Shown one piece after another: positions 29,937 to 32,204 of a stretch of DNA of 32,204 nucleotides. Below the pieces are notes generated by a model. It did no database searches. It was not told where the DNA came from and saw only the letters and a program-made list of their open reading frames with translations. The position numbers and the translations under genes are program-made. The stretch is from an uncultured delta proteobacterium (GTDB lineage: Bacteria; Desulfobacterota; Binatia; UBA9968). The stretch is from the NCBI GenBank assembly GCA_963847445.1, contig CAWJZV010000038.1, forward strand, positions 1 through 32,204, given 5' to 3'. Each line of letters begins with the position of its first letter. The first letter of the stretch is position 1.

Positions 29937-30929
29937 ATGATTCTATTCATTGCACTGCTTCTGATGTTATTCGTCGCATGGCCAATGGGCTCCCCGGCGG
30001 CGGAGGTCGATCTCGCCCGCAAGGAAGGCGAAGTGGTGCTCTACACCACCATGGTCGTGTCGGACTTCCAGGTATTTCACAAGGCGTTGGTCAAAAAATA
30101 TCCATTTTTGAAAGTGAATCATGTGCGTCTGGGCGCGGCGACTTTAGTTTCGCGTGCGGTGGCGGAGTTTCGCGCTGGCAAGCATCTCGCCGATGTTTAC
30201 GGTGTCAGCCCGGACTCGATGAACTATTTGCGCGATATTGGCGTGCTGGCGAACTACACCAGTCCCGAAGCGAAGTTTATTCACAAGGGTTTCATGGATC
30301 CGAAAGGGTTCTGGTCCGGGATCACGACCGATGTCCTGGTCACCGGTGTCAACACTTCGCAAATCAACGTCAAGGCGGCGCCGCGCCGTTATGCCGACTA
30401 CTTGAAGCCGGAATACAAAAACAAGATGGCCTTTCATATCGGCACCAACAATCCTTTGATTGGCATGGCCGAACTCCAGGGCGAGGACAAGGCGCTGGCC
30501 TACATGCGCGCCTTCTCGAAGCAGGGGCCGATCTTACATAACGGTTATACGAAAATTTCCCAGCTGCTGGCGGCCGGTGAGTTTTCTTTGGTCGCGTTCA
30601 TGCAGGTGACCAAGCTGGAAAAGATCCGCGAGCGCAACGGACCGGTCGATTGGATACCCCTGGACCCGTCGTTCGCCACAGTCTCCTCGGTGGCGGTGTC
30701 GAAGAACGCGCCCCATTCTAACGCGGCGCGCCTACTGGTTGACTTTTATCTATCGGAAGAAGGACAAAGAGCGCTAAAGGAAATCGACAAGATTCCTTTG
30801 CGCAAAGGTGTCGAGGCGGATTCCAAGCGGGTCGCCGAGCTCATCGAGCAGGCGCCCTATGTCATCAAGTATGAGGGCGACGCGGGGAAACATATCAAGC
30901 AGTTCAACGAGATTTTTTTGGGCAGATGA
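29937..30929 (+). CDS. Extracellular solute-binding protein
   Basis: Signal peptide MILFIALLLMLFVAW..; ARKEGEVVLYT, EFRAGK, QLLAAGE, KNAPHSNAARLLVDFYLSEEGQ. Confidence 0.9.
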   Translation: MILFIALLLMLFVAWPMGSPAAEVDLARKEGEVVLYTTMVVSDFQVFHKALVKKYPFLKVNHVRLGAATLVSRAVAEFRAGKHLADVYGVSPDSMNYLRDIGVLANYTSPEAKFIHKGFMDPKGFWSGITTDVLVTGVNTSQINVKAAPRRYADYLKPEYKNKMAFHIGTNNPLIGMAELQGEDKALAYMRAFSKQGPILHNGYTKISQLLAAGEFSLVAFMQVTKLEKIRERNGPVDWIPLDPSFATVSSVAVSKNAPHSNAARLLVDFYLSEEGQRALKEIDKIPLRKGVEADSKRVAELIEQAPYVIKYEGDAGKHIKQFNEIFLGR

Positions 30930-30983
30930 AGGATCGTCGACCTGAATCATTAATGTAACAGCGGCGGAATGAATCGGGTCTTC

Positions 30984-31042
30984 GTAGGGGCAGGCCCCTG
31001 TGCCTGCCCTCCGGACGGGCAACCACGGGGGGTTGCCCCTAC
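30984..31042. repeat. GTAG-type REP doublet (REPIN-like)
   Basis: GTAGGGGCAGGCCCCTGTGCCTGCCC ... GGGCAACCACGGGGGGTTGCCCCTAC: two inverted GTAG-flanked hairpins. Confidence 0.75.
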
Positions 31043-31071
31043 AAGCCGGGGTGACGGAGCTGGAGTGAAAC

Positions 31072-32204
31072 ATGGAAGTTAAATTTGGTTTGTTTAGCTG
31101 TGACTCGCATGCGCAGTTGGACCGCGATGCTTGGACCAAGCGCATGTCCAAGCATAAATGGGGCGAACGGATACCGCAGATCGTCGAGGTCGACGAGGAC
31201 GGCAAGCAGGTCGACCGCTGGATGGTCAACGGCAAAGTGCGCAGCGAATGGGTGTGCAACTGTCCAGCGGCGATGCCGGGCGGCGTGGCGCGCGGCTATT
31301 ATCCACGGCGCTGGGAGGAAGTGCCGAAGATCGTCTACGATCCCGCCGAACGGCTAAAAGCGCTCGACGAGGATCGGGTCGACGGCGAGGTGCTCTACCC
31401 CAACGGACCGGTGTCGAACTTCGCGTTTCTTCAGGCCGATGCCGAGTTCGAGCTCGCCTGCGTGCAGGCGCATAACGATGCCCTGGCGGAATGGCGCGAA
31501 GTCAGCGACCGCTATGTGCCGGTGGCGATCATTCCATACATGAGCGAGATCGACGTGGTCGTCGCCGAAGTCGAGCGCTCGGTCAAGCGCGGCCACCGCG
31601 GTGTGGTCATGTTGGCCGAGCCGGCGTTTACGAAGAAAGGGCTCAAGCGCATGAACGATCCGTTTTGGGAGCCGCTTTGGGCTTGCTGCGCCGACTTGGG
31701 CGTGCCGATGCACTGGCATGGCTCGTCGGGGCTGGTCGAGCAGCTGTCGCTGCCCAAGTGGAACGGTTTCAGCAAAAAAGAATTCCACACGGTGTCGACG
31801 TCGCGCTTGTGCGCGACGCCGGCGCAGCTGATTCCCAATTTAATTTTTTCCGGTATCCTCGACCGCCATCCGCGCCTCAACTGGGCCTGCGCCGAAACCG
31901 GTTTCGGCTGGGTGAGCTATGTGCTCGAAGCCAGCGATCACGAATGGGAGACGCGGCAGCTGTGGAAGGAAGGCATCAAGACCCGGCCCAGCGAGGTATT
32001 TCGCCGGCAGATCTACGTCGACTTCTGGTACGAGAAGGCCGGCATCGAACTGCGCGAGTGGGTCGGCGTCGACAATATCATGTGGGAGTCGGACTATCCG
32101 CATATCGCCGCGACTTATCCGCGGTCGTGGAGTTTCGTCGAGGACTCGCTGGTCGGCGTGCCGCAAGGTGAGCGCAAAAAATGTGCTACGGTAATGCGCT
32201 GCGG
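31072..32204 (+). CDS. Amidohydrolase_2 family metal-dependent hydrolase/decarboxylase (3' partial; absent from the ORF track because no stop in window)
   Basis: MEVKFGLFSCDSH.., YDPAERLKALDEDRVDGEVLYP, CVQAHND, DPFWEPLW..LGVPMHWH, SGILDRHPRL..AETG.GW, GVDNIMWESDYPH; GGAG RBS. Confidence 0.92.
   Translation, partial: MEVKFGLFSCDSHAQLDRDAWTKRMSKHKWGERIPQIVEVDEDGKQVDRWMVNGKVRSEWVCNCPAAMPGGVARGYYPRRWEEVPKIVYDPAERLKALDEDRVDGEVLYPNGPVSNFAFLQADAEFELACVQAHNDALAEWREVSDRYVPVAIIPYMSEIDVVVAEVERSVKRGHRGVVMLAEPAFTKKGLKRMNDPFWEPLWACCADLGVPMHWHGSSGLVEQLSLPKWNGFSKKEFHTVSTSRLCATPAQLIPNLIFSGILDRHPRLNWACAETGFGWVSYVLEASDHEWETRQLWKEGIKTRPSEVFRRQIYVDFWYEKAGIELREWVGVDNIMWESDYPHIAATYPRSWSFVEDSLVGVPQGERKKCATVMRC

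Noticed and set aside
31491-32171. 226-aa ORF in the track at the right end
   Set aside because: Off-frame shadow of the real amidohydrolase, which starts at 31072 and runs off the window.

Overview
GC-rich bacterial chromosomal window with no CRISPR array, prophage or transposase. Gene content (many orphan solute-binding proteins, LLM oxidoreductase, bicupins, amidohydrolase, carD-ispD) resembles Deltaproteobacteria-like lineages such as Candidatus Binatia; this taxonomy is inference. The left part (1-12 kb) is accessory/catabolic: molybdopterin oxidoreductase tail, LLM enzyme, MFS, SDR, SBP, methyltransferase, bicupin plus NahE-type hydratase-aldolase, sfsA, and a xanthine-dehydrogenase-family Mo subunit. 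The middle (12-28 kb) is mostly housekeeping: GNAT, sensorless histidine kinase, dienelactone hydrolase, HAD, pncA, cysQ, tandem Rieske proteins, HIT, gdhA, efp, coaE, grxC, tRNA-Cys, rimI, carD, ispD, larE, cysK and a GT9. The right end holds a cupin-SBP-amidohydrolase cluster. About half the genes, including normally essential ones, carry 1-2 bp frameshifts that look like long-read assembly indels rather than real decay. Best candidates for something undescribed: (i) a ferredoxin / Pro-Ala linker / membrane / alpha-crystallin(Hsp20)-like fusion protein hidden by frameshifts; (ii) a ~720 bp apparently non-coding, highly structured region with sigma54-type promoters between grxC and tRNA-Cys; (iii) a stand-alone NahE-like aldolase plus bicupin module; (iv) a non-canonical EF-P (PGNKRG) and a cysK-coupled [4Fe-4S]-type LarE.
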